Of a stretch of 64,000 nucleotides of DNA, positions 1-10,501 are shown in pieces; position 1 is the stretch's first letter; each line of letters opens with the position of its first letter. The translations under genes and the position numbers were made by a program. The stretch comes from Burkholderiales bacterium (lineage in GTDB: Bacteria; Pseudomonadota; Gammaproteobacteria; Burkholderiales; JBEEJL01): positions 905-64,904 of the forward strand of contig JBAVRP010000030.1 in the NCBI GenBank assembly GCA_049695115.1, in the 5' to 3' direction. The notes below the pieces were generated by a model, which worked only from the letters and a program-made list of their open reading frames with translations, had not been told where the DNA came from and did no database searches.

Positions 1-13
1 ATTAGCATTCAGC

Positions 14-150
14 ATCTATCGGCACGTATCGCGGACAATCGACAGCCTGTTGCATCTACCCCTTCAGGATCGGTCGGTATCTATCGGTACCTATCGCTGA
101 CAACGTTTTTCTCGCCATGCAAGCTTTCAGTATCTATCGAAGACTATCGC
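14..150. repeat. Three direct copies of a 19-bp iteron-like motif ATCTATCG-N5-TATCGC (14-32, 79-97, 132-150)
   Basis: Read directly: atctatcggcacgtatcgc, atctatcggtacctatcgc, atctatcgaagactatcgc. Copies 1 and 3 share the 5' flank TTCAG. Spacing is 65 and 53 bp. No convincing CDS lies underneath. Confidence 0.7.
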
Positions 151-455
151 TTGCGATGTTCTCCTACCCTCGCTGCACGCAGAAATCGACTCTCACAACA
201 CGACGCACTCGCCCATTTTCCCACGCGCAGAACTCCTTGTGTGCTCAACGATGCTGGCGGGCAGGCGTCGGACAACTCTTAATACAATCGGCCTGTCGGA
301 TCTTTGCTCCAAACCCGTCGTTCAAACATCGACTCTGAGGACTTGCAGTTCCGCCATGCGTGGCCCCCCGGATGCTCGAGGAGGCCTTCGAGGAAACCGG
401 CGCAGCGATGTATGAGCAGAATCGCGCATGCACGCTGCGGCCGGCCTGATCCAGC

Positions 456-800
456 TTATTTTTTCTTCTTTTTCTTTTTTTCCGGCAGCGCGCCAACGTA
501 ATTCATCGCGAGCGCAATCCAGCTCTTGATCTGGCGCGGATCGCACTGTGCCGGGTCCACGAACACAAACCCGGCCATCGGCTTGCCAGTGATGTCCATT
601 GGACTAGCGCCGGCGCGGGACAACGCCTCGGCGGCTTGATCCTTGCCGATCCGGAACATCAGACGCGCGCGATCAACTCCGCACAGCATATTGCCATTCA
701 GCATGAAGCAGATTCCTCCGAACATCTTTGTCTCCCCTATATTCCCGCAGTCACCAAGCGCGTGCCGGACGCGGAGCGCTAAGGCTTCGTCGTAAGCCAT
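456..800 (-). CDS. TfoX/Sxy N-terminal-domain family protein with poly-Lys C-terminus
   Basis: 114 aa. Core KMFGGICFMLNGNMLCG is typical of the TfoX_N domain. The protein ends PEKKKKKKK, encoded by a T/C-rich run at 459-482. Confidence 0.7.
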   Translation of the reverse strand: MAYDEALALRVRHALGDCGNIGETKMFGGICFMLNGNMLCGVDRARLMFRIGKDQAAEALSRAGASPMDITGKPMAGFVFVDPAQCDPRQIKSWIALAMNYVGALPEKKKKKKK

Positions 801-936
801 GTCGTCAAGCCTTGCGAAATGAGAAAGTCAGTGCGATGAACGGCCTGACGACAAGAGACTGAATCGCCGTGAATGCTGTCTCGATCTGCACGAAGGCAGC
901 CATTACATCCCCTTCCATGCGCGATTGGGCCGCTAG

Positions 937-1596
937 TCAGGCCGGCGCGGCGCCGGGGCGCCGGCCGGTTGCCTGCGGGTTGCTGGGTGCCGTCTTAGCC
1001 CAGTGCGGCACGGCCCGCATGCGCTCGTAATAGGCATTGATGTTTGGATACGGTGACCAGTCAAATGGAATGGACTCCTTGAAGCCCTCGGCATGGATGA
1101 CGGAATAGTCGGCCAACGTAATATCGTCCCCGACTAGGTACTTGCGACCCTTGAGGTGCGATTCGAGCGCGGGCGCGTGCCGCGCGAGTTCGCGCTTGGA
1201 CCAGGTCACAGTGGCTTCGTCCGGTGCCATATTCAGGAAACCGGGTTTCGCCACAGTTTCGAACGACAGTGCGCCGAACGCCTTGTTGAAGTGAGCCAGC
1301 TCCCAGCATTGCCAGCGCGAAATGTCTGCACGCTTTGCGTCGTCCTTCGGATACAGTGTGTTGGCCGGCGCCTTCGAAGCCAGGTACTGCATGATGGCGT
1401 TCGACTCCCACAGCACGAGGTCGCCGTCGCACAGCGTCGGCACCATTCCGTTGGGGTTCAGCGCGAGATACTCGGGTTTCTTCGTTTCGCCCGCGAAGAA
1501 GTCCAGATATTCGAATTCTGCGGTGATGCCGAGGTGGTTCAGTACCGCATGCACCTTGCGACAGTTGGGCGAACCAACGACGTAATAGAGTTTCAT
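937..1596 (-). CDS. glutathione S-transferase
   Basis: 219 aa. Thioredoxin-like N-domain (MKLYYVVGSPNCRKV, NPNGMVPTL, ESNAIMQYL) plus a helical C-domain. Confidence 0.85.
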   Translation of the reverse strand: MKLYYVVGSPNCRKVHAVLNHLGITAEFEYLDFFAGETKKPEYLALNPNGMVPTLCDGDLVLWESNAIMQYLASKAPANTLYPKDDAKRADISRWQCWELAHFNKAFGALSFETVAKPGFLNMAPDEATVTWSKRELARHAPALESHLKGRKYLVGDDITLADYSVIHAEGFKESIPFDWSPYPNINAYYERMRAVPHWAKTAPSNPQATGRRPGAAPA

Positions 1597-1626
1597 GGTG
1601 CTCCTCTTTGTTGGTTGATTGCGAAG

Positions 1627-1664
1627 TGCAAGCGATTATACGCAATTGCTTGCATTATGCAAGT
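1627..1664. promoter_or_regulatory. Candidate operator in the divergent GST/HxlR intergenic region (TGCAAGC..GCTTGCA-TTA-TGCAAGT)
   Basis: Inverted repeats TGCAAGC (1627-1633), GCTTGCA (1648-1654) and TGCAAGT (1658-1664) lie between divergent genes. Assignment as an HxlR operator is inference. Confidence 0.35.
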
Positions 1665-1684
1665 ATACAATCTAAGCTCGCAAT

Positions 1685-2509
1685 GTGAAAAGGAAATTGC
1701 CGCCGCGGCGCTCGGACTGTCCCATTACGTACGCCGTGGACTTCATCGGCGACAAGTGGACGCTTGTCGTTTTGCGTGACCTTATTATCCTGCGCAAGAG
1801 GCAGTTTCGCGACTTTCTCGCATCGGATGAGAAGATCGCCTCGAATATCCTTTCAAGCCGTCTGAAGCTGCTTGAAGCCGCGGGAATGGTTACCCGTCGT
1901 CGCGACCCTGAGCACGCCCGCCAGGTGATATACGAACCCACCGAAAAGGGGTTCGACCTGCTGCCTTTGATGCTTGAGATGGTGCGCTGGAGCGCCAAGT
2001 ACGATTCGCGCACGGCCGCACCCCCCGCCCTCGTCCGCCGCATAACTGAAAACCGCGATGCTTACATTGCGGAAATAAGATCATGGGAAAAGGGAGCGGG
2101 ACGCATGGCCACGAGCAGTTCTAAGACTCACATGACCGACAAAAAGCTACGAGCGTTCGTACGGGAGGTGACTGCGACGCTGCTAGAGGGCAAACCCCAC
2201 CGGACTCCCGGACTTGGCACATTTGCAACGTGTACTCGAAGAGCATCGGAAGGTCGAGCCACCTGCAAGATGGCTATGTTTCGGGCAAGCGCGGAGCTTC
2301 GCGAGTACGCCGCCGGCGGGCCGCCACCTGTCGTCTCCGGGCCTCACGCCGAGGCGGCGACCGTAATCATTGAGGCCATGCAAAGCGAAATGGGTGTTGA
2401 TGTGCTACTTCTTGGTCGCATGGCTGTGGTGCCGGTCCCTGGAAAGAAACCGAAGCTGATCTTTCATGGTGCCAAAGAACTCAATGACGTGCTCGCAGCC
2501 TCGTTATAG
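1685..2509 (+). CDS. HxlR-type winged-helix transcriptional regulator fused to a C-terminal HU/IHF-like region
   Basis: 274 aa with a GTG start. The N-terminal ~130 aa match HxlR (CPITYAVDFIGDKWTLVVLRDL, IASNILSSRLKLLEAAGMV). The C-terminal ~130 aa contain HU-like strand-arm signatures (PGLGTFATCTRRASEGR; LLLGRMAVVPVPGKKPKLIFHGAKELNDVL). Confidence 0.6.
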   Translation: MKRKLPPRRSDCPITYAVDFIGDKWTLVVLRDLIILRKRQFRDFLASDEKIASNILSSRLKLLEAAGMVTRRRDPEHARQVIYEPTEKGFDLLPLMLEMVRWSAKYDSRTAAPPALVRRITENRDAYIAEIRSWEKGAGRMATSSSKTHMTDKKLRAFVREVTATLLEGKPHRTPGLGTFATCTRRASEGRATCKMAMFRASAELREYAAGGPPPVVSGPHAEAATVIIEAMQSEMGVDVLLLGRMAVVPVPGKKPKLIFHGAKELNDVLAASL

Positions 2510-2551
2510 ATCAGATATTCGGTTCGATTGATCGCGCTACTGGCCCAGCCA

Positions 2552-2590
2552 TCGATAGGTGCCGATAGACCTCGATAGTCTTCGAAAGCC
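2552..2590. repeat. Two abutting inverted copies of the 14-150 iteron-like motif, 2 bp from the guaA stop
   Basis: The reverse complement of 2552-2570 is gtctatcggcacctatcga, 16/19 identical to copy 1. The reverse complement of 2572-2590 is ggctttcgaagactatcga, 15/19 identical to copy 3, including a 12-nt exact run cgaagactatcg. Confidence 0.65.
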
Positions 2591-2592
2591 CC

Positions 2593-4167
2593 CTACTCCC
2601 ACTCGATCGTCGCTGGCGGTTTCCCCGACACATCATAGACCACGCGATTAATGCCGCGCACTTCGTTGATGATGCGGTTGGAAGCTTTGCCGAGCAAAGT
2701 GTAGGGCAACTCGGCCCAATGGGCGGTCATGAAATCGCTGGTGACGACGGCGCGTAGCGCGATGACGTAATCGTAGGTGCGGCCGTCGCCCATGACGCCG
2801 ACCGATTTCACCGGCAAAAATACCGCGAACGCCTGCGAGGTTTTTTCATACCAACCTGCGTTGCGCAATTCTTCGATGAATATTGCGTCAGCACGGCGCA
2901 ATAAATCGGCGTATTCTTTTTTCACTTCACCGAGTATGCGCACGCCGAGCCCGGGGCCGGGGAACGGATGGCGATACACCATGTCGTGGTGCAGGCCCAG
3001 CGCGACGCCCAGTTCGCGCACTTCATCTTTGAAAAGTTCACGCAGCGGTTCGAGCAATTTCAGCTTCATCGTATCGGGCAAACCGCCGACATTGTGGTGC
3101 GATTTGATGGTGTGGGCTTTTTTGGTTTTCGCGCCGGCGGATTCGATCACGTCGGGGTAAATCGTCCCCTGCGCCAGCCATTTAGCATTGGGCAGTTTTT
3201 CCGATTCTCTCTGGAATACTTCAACAAATTCACGGCCGATGATTTTGCGTTTTTGTTCCGGATCGGTCACGCCGGCGAGGTGGCGCAAGAATTCATTGGT
3301 CGCATCAACGTGTATCACCTTCACGCCAAGATGGTCGGCGAAAGTCTGCATCACTTGTTCCGCCTCCTTCAATCTCAGCAGGCCGGTATCGACGAACACA
3401 CAGGTCAATTGCTTGCCGATGGCTTTGTGTATCAGCGCCGCGGCAACAGACGAATCGACGCCGCCGGATAAACCGAGTATCACTTCGTCATTGCCGACTT
3501 GCGAACGGATTTTACCGATGGCTTCATCGACGTAATCGGGCATATTCCAATCCGACGCAAGGCCGCAAATATCATGCACGAAGCGCGACAGAATCGCTTC
3601 GCCTTGCAAGGTATGCGTCACTTCGGGGTGAAATTGCAGTGCGTAAAATTTGCGCGCTTCGTCCGCCATGCCGGCGATGGGTGTGGCGGCGTTGGAAGCA
3701 ATGATTTTAAAACCCGGCGGAATCTGCGTCACTTTGTCGCCGTGGCTCATCCATACATCGAGCATGCCGAAACCTTCGGCGGTGCGGCGGTCTTCGATGT
3801 CGCGCAGTAATTCGCTGTGGCCGCGGGCACGGATTTCCGCGTAACCGAATTCGCGCACCAAGCCGTTTTCCACTGCGCCGCCCAATTGCGCCGCCATGGT
3901 TTGCATGCCGTAACAAATGCCCAGCACCGGCACACCGATTTCGAATACGGCTTGCGGCGCGCGCGGCGAAATATTTTCCGTCACGGAATTCGGGCTACCG
4001 GAAAGAATAATTCCCAGCGGCGCAAAATCACGGACGAATTGATCGCTGACGTCATAAGGATGCAATTCGCAATACACTCCGCATTCGCGCACGCGCCGTG
4101 CGATTAATTGCGCGTATTGCGAGCCAAAATCAAGGATGAGGATTTTCTTATGGTTCATGCCGTTCAA
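2593..4167 (-). CDS. guaA: GMP synthase (glutamine-hydrolysing)
   Basis: 524 aa. GATase domain ([28 protein letters not shown]), ATP-PPase P-loop SGGVDSSV, and the canonical C-terminus PPATIEWE. Confidence 0.97.
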   Translation of the reverse strand: MNGMNHKKILILDFGSQYAQLIARRVRECGVYCELHPYDVSDQFVRDFAPLGIILSGSPNSVTENISPRAPQAVFEIGVPVLGICYGMQTMAAQLGGAVENGLVREFGYAEIRARGHSELLRDIEDRRTAEGFGMLDVWMSHGDKVTQIPPGFKIIASNAATPIAGMADEARKFYALQFHPEVTHTLQGEAILSRFVHDICGLASDWNMPDYVDEAIGKIRSQVGNDEVILGLSGGVDSSVAAALIHKAIGKQLTCVFVDTGLLRLKEAEQVMQTFADHLGVKVIHVDATNEFLRHLAGVTDPEQKRKIIGREFVEVFQRESEKLPNAKWLAQGTIYPDVIESAGAKTKKAHTIKSHHNVGGLPDTMKLKLLEPLRELFKDEVRELGVALGLHHDMVYRHPFPGPGLGVRILGEVKKEYADLLRRADAIFIEELRNAGWYEKTSQAFAVFLPVKSVGVMGDGRTYDYVIALRAVVTSDFMTAHWAELPYTLLGKASNRIINEVRGINRVVYDVSGKPPATIEWE

Positions 4168-4169
4168 TA

Positions 4170-4202
4170 GAAAAAATTAAGGGCGGTTAAAAGGCCGCCC
4201 TT
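4170..4202 (-). terminator. Hairpin plus T-tract between guaB and guaA (possible attenuator/terminator)
   Basis: The minus strand reads AAGGGCGG-ccttttaa-CCGCCCTT followed by AATTTTTTC. Confidence 0.5.
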
Positions 4203-4223
4203 ATTGGCTACAAAAAATTCATA

Positions 4224-5729
<1,506 letters not shown>

Positions 5730-5954
5730 TTACCGCAAATCGCTGAAAATCCATGATTTTTGGTTAAATTTGTGATGCATCCCATTGACTTATGAGGGAA
5801 TTATGTTAAGGTTCAACGTGTATTTTTATGCCCGGTCAACCAGCAAATGTTTGGAGAGTTGCTTGTGCAGATGCGGCTTACCCCTCAAAATCACTGACTA
5901 TTCTGATGAAAACGAGCCGTATCGGATTTTCAACTCATCCAAGAGGCAATATTC

Positions 5955-6437
5955 ATGCATAAATCCCTTATTCTGATTGCGCAGACTTTCATCTTTATAG
6001 CTCTACCCGTTGCTGTTTCTGCGGATATTTTCCAATGGAAAGACGATGACGGAAAAACCCAGTATTCCGACCAGCCTCCGTCGGACCGGCCAGCGCGTCT
6101 GGTAAAGACGGGTGTGACGGCCCCAACCGTTGCCGAAAAATCGGAGACTGCCTCCGAGGAGAAAACTGAGAAAAAAGGCCCGAAAAGCCTGGAAGAAAAA
6201 GCCCAGGAATCGCGCAAGCGCAAAATCGAAACCGAAAAAGCCGAGAGGGAAGCGGTGGGGAAAACAGCGGAAAAAAAAGCCAGCTGTACCCAGGCACGCG
6301 ACCAGATGAAGACGCTTGAAGAAGGCGGGCGCATTTATAAGCGGGATGAAAAAGGCGAGAAGAATTATCTGGACGACAAAGCTTTGGTCAAGGAAATGTC
6401 CGATGCCAAGGCCAATGTCAGCAAATATTGTAGTTAG
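5955..6437 (+). CDS. DUF4124-domain secreted protein
   Basis: 160 aa. Signal peptide followed by ADIFQWKDDDGKTQYSDQPP, the DUF4124 signature. Charged Lys/Glu-rich middle region. Confidence 0.75.
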   Translation: MHKSLILIAQTFIFIALPVAVSADIFQWKDDDGKTQYSDQPPSDRPARLVKTGVTAPTVAEKSETASEEKTEKKGPKSLEEKAQESRKRKIETEKAEREAVGKTAEKKASCTQARDQMKTLEEGGRIYKRDEKGEKNYLDDKALVKEMSDAKANVSKYCS

Positions 6438-6474
6438 TTGAATTGTTAAAAATTTAATAAAATCAAATAGTTAT

Positions 6475-8541
6475 ATGGACATGGCTCCTATGGCAACACA
6501 TGCGAAGGTTCTGCTGAGTTTGGTGTTCGCCTTGGGGGCTAACAGTGCATTTGCGCTTGGCTTGGGCGAAATCGATCTGCGCTCTTATCTAGGGCAGCCT
6601 CTTGACGCCAGGATCCCGGTCTTGGCTGGCGCAGACGAGCCGCTGGACGACAGTTGTTTCAAACTGGTCAATGGCGCCGTAACCAGCGACACCGGCCATT
6701 CAACGCCGGCGAAATTGTCGTTCCAGCAGGTCGGACGCAATAATATTCTACAAATTCGCACTGCCGCTTTCGTGCCGGAGCCGGCGGTGCGTATCCAGAT
6801 TGAAATCAGTTGCGGCAATGTGAGCCGGATTTCCCGCGAATACACTTTACTGCTGGATCCGCCGGAATACGCCGCTTCACGCATAGACCTGCCGTCGAAA
6901 CCGGTCGCGTCTGGCCAGCAAGCCACGACGATGACACAGCCTCAGTCCATCATTCAGGACGCGTCGAGCGGTGCGTCTGCGCAAATTTCCGCCGATGCCG
7001 GGCTTGCTCCTATTTATGGCGTGAACTCGACTGCGTCCGTGACATCAGCTGCCGGCCAAAGCGTTACTCCGCGTAAAATACGCAAAGCGCCGACTGAAAC
7101 TTCTGCTCCTGTCGCCAAAGCGCCGGCACGCATTAGGCCGCGCCCTTCCGCGCCAATACCACGGCCCGCGTATAAACCTTCTGCGGAAATAACGGCCCCG
7201 GTTGAAAAAACGCCTGCGCCCGCTGCTGTTGCGTCGATTGCAAAAGAAGCGCCCGGCGATGGCTTCCGTCTCAAATTGTCGTCGACAGAAATGAATCTCG
7301 CGCTGACAAAAACCGTTACCGAATCAGATCGCCAGCGTTTGCGGGCGCGGCAACTGCTGCTGGAAAATCAGTCCGACGACCAGACCGCAACCATACTGTC
7401 GATGAAAAACAGCATTGCGGAAATGGAAAAGCAATTGGCCGAGTTGCGCAGACAAATGGCGGCACAAAAAGGCGCCCCTGTGGGCAATGTAGTCGGCATG
7501 CCCGATTTGGCCGTTGCCGCGCCGGGTACGACGACGCCACCTGTCCCGACGGGAGCAGCGCCCGCCATTGAGCCTGCAAAATCCGCTGCAATCTCAATTC
7601 CCATTGCCAAACCTTTGCCGGCCAAACAAGAGCCCGGATTCTCCCTCGCCGATTGGACCAAGCCTGCTCTGGCTGCAAGTCTCGGTGCGTTGCTGCTCAT
7701 TTTCGGCGTCAATTACTGGCGTAACCGTGGTAGCAAGGAAACCGCTTACAAGGATTTATATGCTGATAGCACAAACAAGTTAAAAGCGCCGGTACCGGCG
7801 GTCGGGCAATTTGACGAAAACAAATTATTTGAAGACGGCCAAGATGACGATGACCTGGAAGAAATTCTGCTTCCCGAAGATGCCCAGGAAAATGCCAAAA
7901 CCAAGGCTCTCGATTTGCCCGTATCTGCTACGACCTTAAGCGACCCGCGCTACATGATCGATGTGCAGGCACCCGACTCATTCAAATTGGCTTACTTGCG
8001 CGAGCGCTTCCCGGAAATCGCGCAAGGTAGCTTGCGCCTGGACAAACCCGATTCACTGATACACGCCGCCCGCCTGTATTATCAAGAAGATAATAATTCG
8101 GCCAAGGCGGCGGAATTACTGGAATACGCTATTGGCGAATATCCCAACGAAGTCCGCCCCTGGCTGGCGGTGTTCGAAATTTACCGTCTGGAAAACCGTA
8201 CGGCTGATTTCGCTAATCTGGCGCAACGATTCAAACCAAAATTCGAACATGGTGGCTATTGGCCCAAAGTTCAGGCCATTGGCCGCCAGATCGATCCGCA
8301 AAATCCGCTGTATATCGCCGAAGAATTTCATGGGGATGAAAATGGTGATACCGCGATTTCGGCGGAGGCTGAAAACTGGCTTAACACCCCGCTTGATTTC
8401 ACCCAGGACTTGCTGGGCAATGAACTGCGCGACGCCCTCTTAAGTGGAGACGGCTCACCCTCCGCGGCCGGTGCTCCCGCTCAACACACTTTGAAACCGG
8501 GCGAATTGTCATTGTCGCCCGAAGGCAAAAAGCCGGTTTGA
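6475..8541 (+). CDS. FimV-like peptidoglycan-binding/pilus-assembly scaffold protein
   Basis: 688 aa. N-terminal FimV motif LGLGEIDLRSYLGQPLDARIPV, a Pro/Ala-rich linker, a coiled coil, one TM segment, an acidic tract and a C-terminal TPR-like FimV motif (AAELLEYAIGEYPNEVRPWLAVFEIY). Confidence 0.8.
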   Translation: MDMAPMATHAKVLLSLVFALGANSAFALGLGEIDLRSYLGQPLDARIPVLAGADEPLDDSCFKLVNGAVTSDTGHSTPAKLSFQQVGRNNILQIRTAAFVPEPAVRIQIEISCGNVSRISREYTLLLDPPEYAASRIDLPSKPVASGQQATTMTQPQSIIQDASSGASAQISADAGLAPIYGVNSTASVTSAAGQSVTPRKIRKAPTETSAPVAKAPARIRPRPSAPIPRPAYKPSAEITAPVEKTPAPAAVASIAKEAPGDGFRLKLSSTEMNLALTKTVTESDRQRLRARQLLLENQSDDQTATILSMKNSIAEMEKQLAELRRQMAAQKGAPVGNVVGMPDLAVAAPGTTTPPVPTGAAPAIEPAKSAAISIPIAKPLPAKQEPGFSLADWTKPALAASLGALLLIFGVNYWRNRGSKETAYKDLYADSTNKLKAPVPAVGQFDENKLFEDGQDDDDLEEILLPEDAQENAKTKALDLPVSATTLSDPRYMIDVQAPDSFKLAYLRERFPEIAQGSLRLDKPDSLIHAARLYYQEDNNSAKAAELLEYAIGEYPNEVRPWLAVFEIYRLENRTADFANLAQRFKPKFEHGGYWPKVQAIGRQIDPQNPLYIAEEFHGDENGDTAISAEAENWLNTPLDFTQDLLGNELRDALLSGDGSPSAAGAPAQHTLKPGELSLSPEGKKPV

Positions 8542-8548
8542 TCCTTTC

Positions 8549-10204
8549 ATGAATGCTTCACCTACTTCGTCTCTTCCGAGCGACCCGGTCGCCGCCCTCG
8601 CCCCTGTCAGCCTGTGGGTGGCCCGCCTAGGCAGTCTCGATGGTCCCAATGCACGCATCACCCTGCTGCAAGCTCTGCGTTCACTCAACCGTGGCAATCT
8701 CGCGCCCGATATTCTCACTACGCTGATGCAATTGGATGAGCAATGTCAATCCATTTTGGATAAGGCCGAGGCACGAATGAAAACCAGCGGCCACGACATC
8801 ATGGCGGAAAGTGCCCTGAGCCGCGACATGCAAAACATCTATCAGGAATTCGCCAACGCATACAAACGATTCATTGATGATTATCTCACCCAATCCGCCG
8901 ACAGCACTGCGGTGCCAGAGCGAATCAAGGAAATCACCGCCCGCAGCATTCACTGTCATTGCGGTATCGCAAGCTGGACCTTTTTCCTGAGCGAAGCCTT
9001 GCCGGAATCGTTCTGGCGGCAACTGCATTCTCTCTATTTGTTTGCCGAGCAGAACGCGTTCGAAACCAAAACACTGGCCTGGTACGACGGGTATCCCACC
9101 AGCGTCTCCAACGTTTACATGCGTACGCTGTTTCTCGACATGTTCAATACCGGCAATCTCACGCCGCAGCAGATTTCCATAGCCGACAAACGCCTGCAAG
9201 ATTGGTGCGGTGAGATGAGGCTGGAACGCGACTATGTCAATGGCAAACATCAACACTATGTCAACACGGCCGAACCCTCCGGCTTGCACAAAATTTCCGG
9301 CATTGAGCCGTTGCAAATGCCAAGCATGCGCTATCTGGATACGGGAAGGCTCGGCACCCATATCGCCCACGCAAAAATGGCCATCCGCGACGGCAACCCG
9401 GATACCAGCCTTGGATTTAACCTCAGCGAATTCCCGGTAGGCGAATATATTGATCTGCTGGATAAATTGGCGCGCGTTTGTCCGCCGCCAGGCGGCGAAG
9501 GCGCGCAGCGCCTGCACGACCGGGCACGCTCCAAAGCATTGTCGGTGGAATTGAAGTTCGGCATGGACCAGGTGATGGATGCCATTCGCAACCGCTCGAC
9601 GAATCCTTTCAGCAATATGAAAGCAGAGCATCTCACTCTCGACAGAAATGAAGAAGCTGATATCAAAATGTTCGGCTTTGTCACTGATCGCACGCGCCTG
9701 ACGAAAATCGATACAGCCGCGGCTCTTTCCACCGAGACCAGCTCGCCCTTCAGGCTGCACGACCACAGCATAACCGGCTTTGGCGTAACTACAGACAAAA
9801 ACACGTCCCATACGGTAGCGCTCGGCGCCATCGTCGCCATCAGGACCACGGGCGACCCGCAGTGGAAAGTGAGCATGGTAGTGCGCAAAGTCCCCCACAC
9901 CGACGATCATGTGTTAATAGGCATTGAACTCATATCGTCCACGCCCATCCCCGTCACGCTGGAGGTTTACGATCCGGATTTTCCCGTCGATCAATCGGAT
10001 AAATCAGTTGACGCCCTGTTTCTCCCCGCCCAACCCGGCAAAGCGGATAGCCTGTTGATCCGTACCGGACAATATTCATCCAACACGCGGCATAAACTTA
10101 TCACCAACAAAGGTGCTTTCATCATTCGCCTGAACCGCGTGATCAAACAAGGCAGCCATTGGGTGGCGGCGGGGCTTGAGGTAGTGTCGAAGCTGCAATC
10201 TTAA
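8549..10204 (+). CDS. hypothetical protein, possible degenerate PilZ-like C-terminal domain
   Basis: 551 aa, 8 bp downstream of the FimV-like gene. The C-terminal region contains DHSITG, which matches the (D/N)xSxxG half of the PilZ motif. No clean RxxxR is seen upstream. Confidence 0.5.
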   Translation: MNASPTSSLPSDPVAALAPVSLWVARLGSLDGPNARITLLQALRSLNRGNLAPDILTTLMQLDEQCQSILDKAEARMKTSGHDIMAESALSRDMQNIYQEFANAYKRFIDDYLTQSADSTAVPERIKEITARSIHCHCGIASWTFFLSEALPESFWRQLHSLYLFAEQNAFETKTLAWYDGYPTSVSNVYMRTLFLDMFNTGNLTPQQISIADKRLQDWCGEMRLERDYVNGKHQHYVNTAEPSGLHKISGIEPLQMPSMRYLDTGRLGTHIAHAKMAIRDGNPDTSLGFNLSEFPVGEYIDLLDKLARVCPPPGGEGAQRLHDRARSKALSVELKFGMDQVMDAIRNRSTNPFSNMKAEHLTLDRNEEADIKMFGFVTDRTRLTKIDTAAALSTETSSPFRLHDHSITGFGVTTDKNTSHTVALGAIVAIRTTGDPQWKVSMVVRKVPHTDDHVLIGIELISSTPIPVTLEVYDPDFPVDQSDKSVDALFLPAQPGKADSLLIRTGQYSSNTRHKLITNKGAFIIRLNRVIKQGSHWVAAGLEVVSKLQS

Positions 10205-10501
10205 TCAGGGCTGCCTGCGTTTTTTTGCTGAGACCCTCGTGCGACGCGCTTCTTTCGGGTCGGCAATTAGCGCCCGATAAATTTCCACCCTGTCGCCCTC
10301 ACGCAATCCTGTATCCAGGCTCGTAAGCTTGCCGAAAATACCTACGCGATTTTTGCGCAAATCTATTTCCGGAAATTCGTCCAACAACTTTGAAGCTATT
10401 ATCGCTTCGGCGACTGCCGATCCAGGCCTGAGTTGTACGTGCGCGATGATCTGTTTTTCCGGCAATGCATAACAGACTTCGATATTGATTACAGTGGTCA
10501 T
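10205..10501 (-). CDS. rnfH: RnfH family ubiquitin-fold protein (UPF0125)
   Basis: 98 aa (INIEVCYALPEKQ..., GDRVEIYRALIADPKEARR). ATGA overlap with the upstream ratA. Confidence 0.85.
   Translation of the reverse strand: MTTVINIEVCYALPEKQIIAHVQLRPGSAVAEAIIASKLLDEFPEIDLRKNRVGIFGKLTSLDTGLREGDRVEIYRALIADPKEARRTRVSAKKRRQP

Noticed and set aside
1-291. Frame-1 read-through open from base 1 to a TAA at 289-291, which could be the C-terminus of a gene entering from the left.
   Set aside because: The translation has no protein-like character, and the region is occupied by the three iteron-like repeats. It is treated as non-coding, but this cannot be excluded without upstream sequence.
805-918. 37-aa minus-strand small ORF (MEGDVMAAFVQIETAFTAIQSLVVRPFIALTFSFRKA) between the TfoX-like gene and the GST gene.
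   Set aside because: No RBS and no recognisable family. It is too short to support from sequence alone.
1061-1779. Long ORFs overlapping or antisense to confidently identified genes. Examples: 1061-1645, 1156-1779, 4852-5775, 8681-9910, 24679-25386, 25107-25841, 29576-30217, 42299-42760, 44051-44638, 48207-48716, 48352-48960, 50706-51599, 52079-52708, 58069-58863.
   Set aside because: Their translations are Arg/Ala/Pro/Gly-rich low-complexity strings with no motifs. They lie entirely within genes that have clear family signatures on the other strand or frame. These are typical shadow ORFs of moderately GC-rich DNA.
2515-2545. tRNA-like T-arm string GGTTCGATT near the guaA-proximal repeat set, which could be a tRNA or an att-site remnant.
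   Set aside because: No acceptor or anticodon arms can be folded around it, and no tRNA gene is present in the window.
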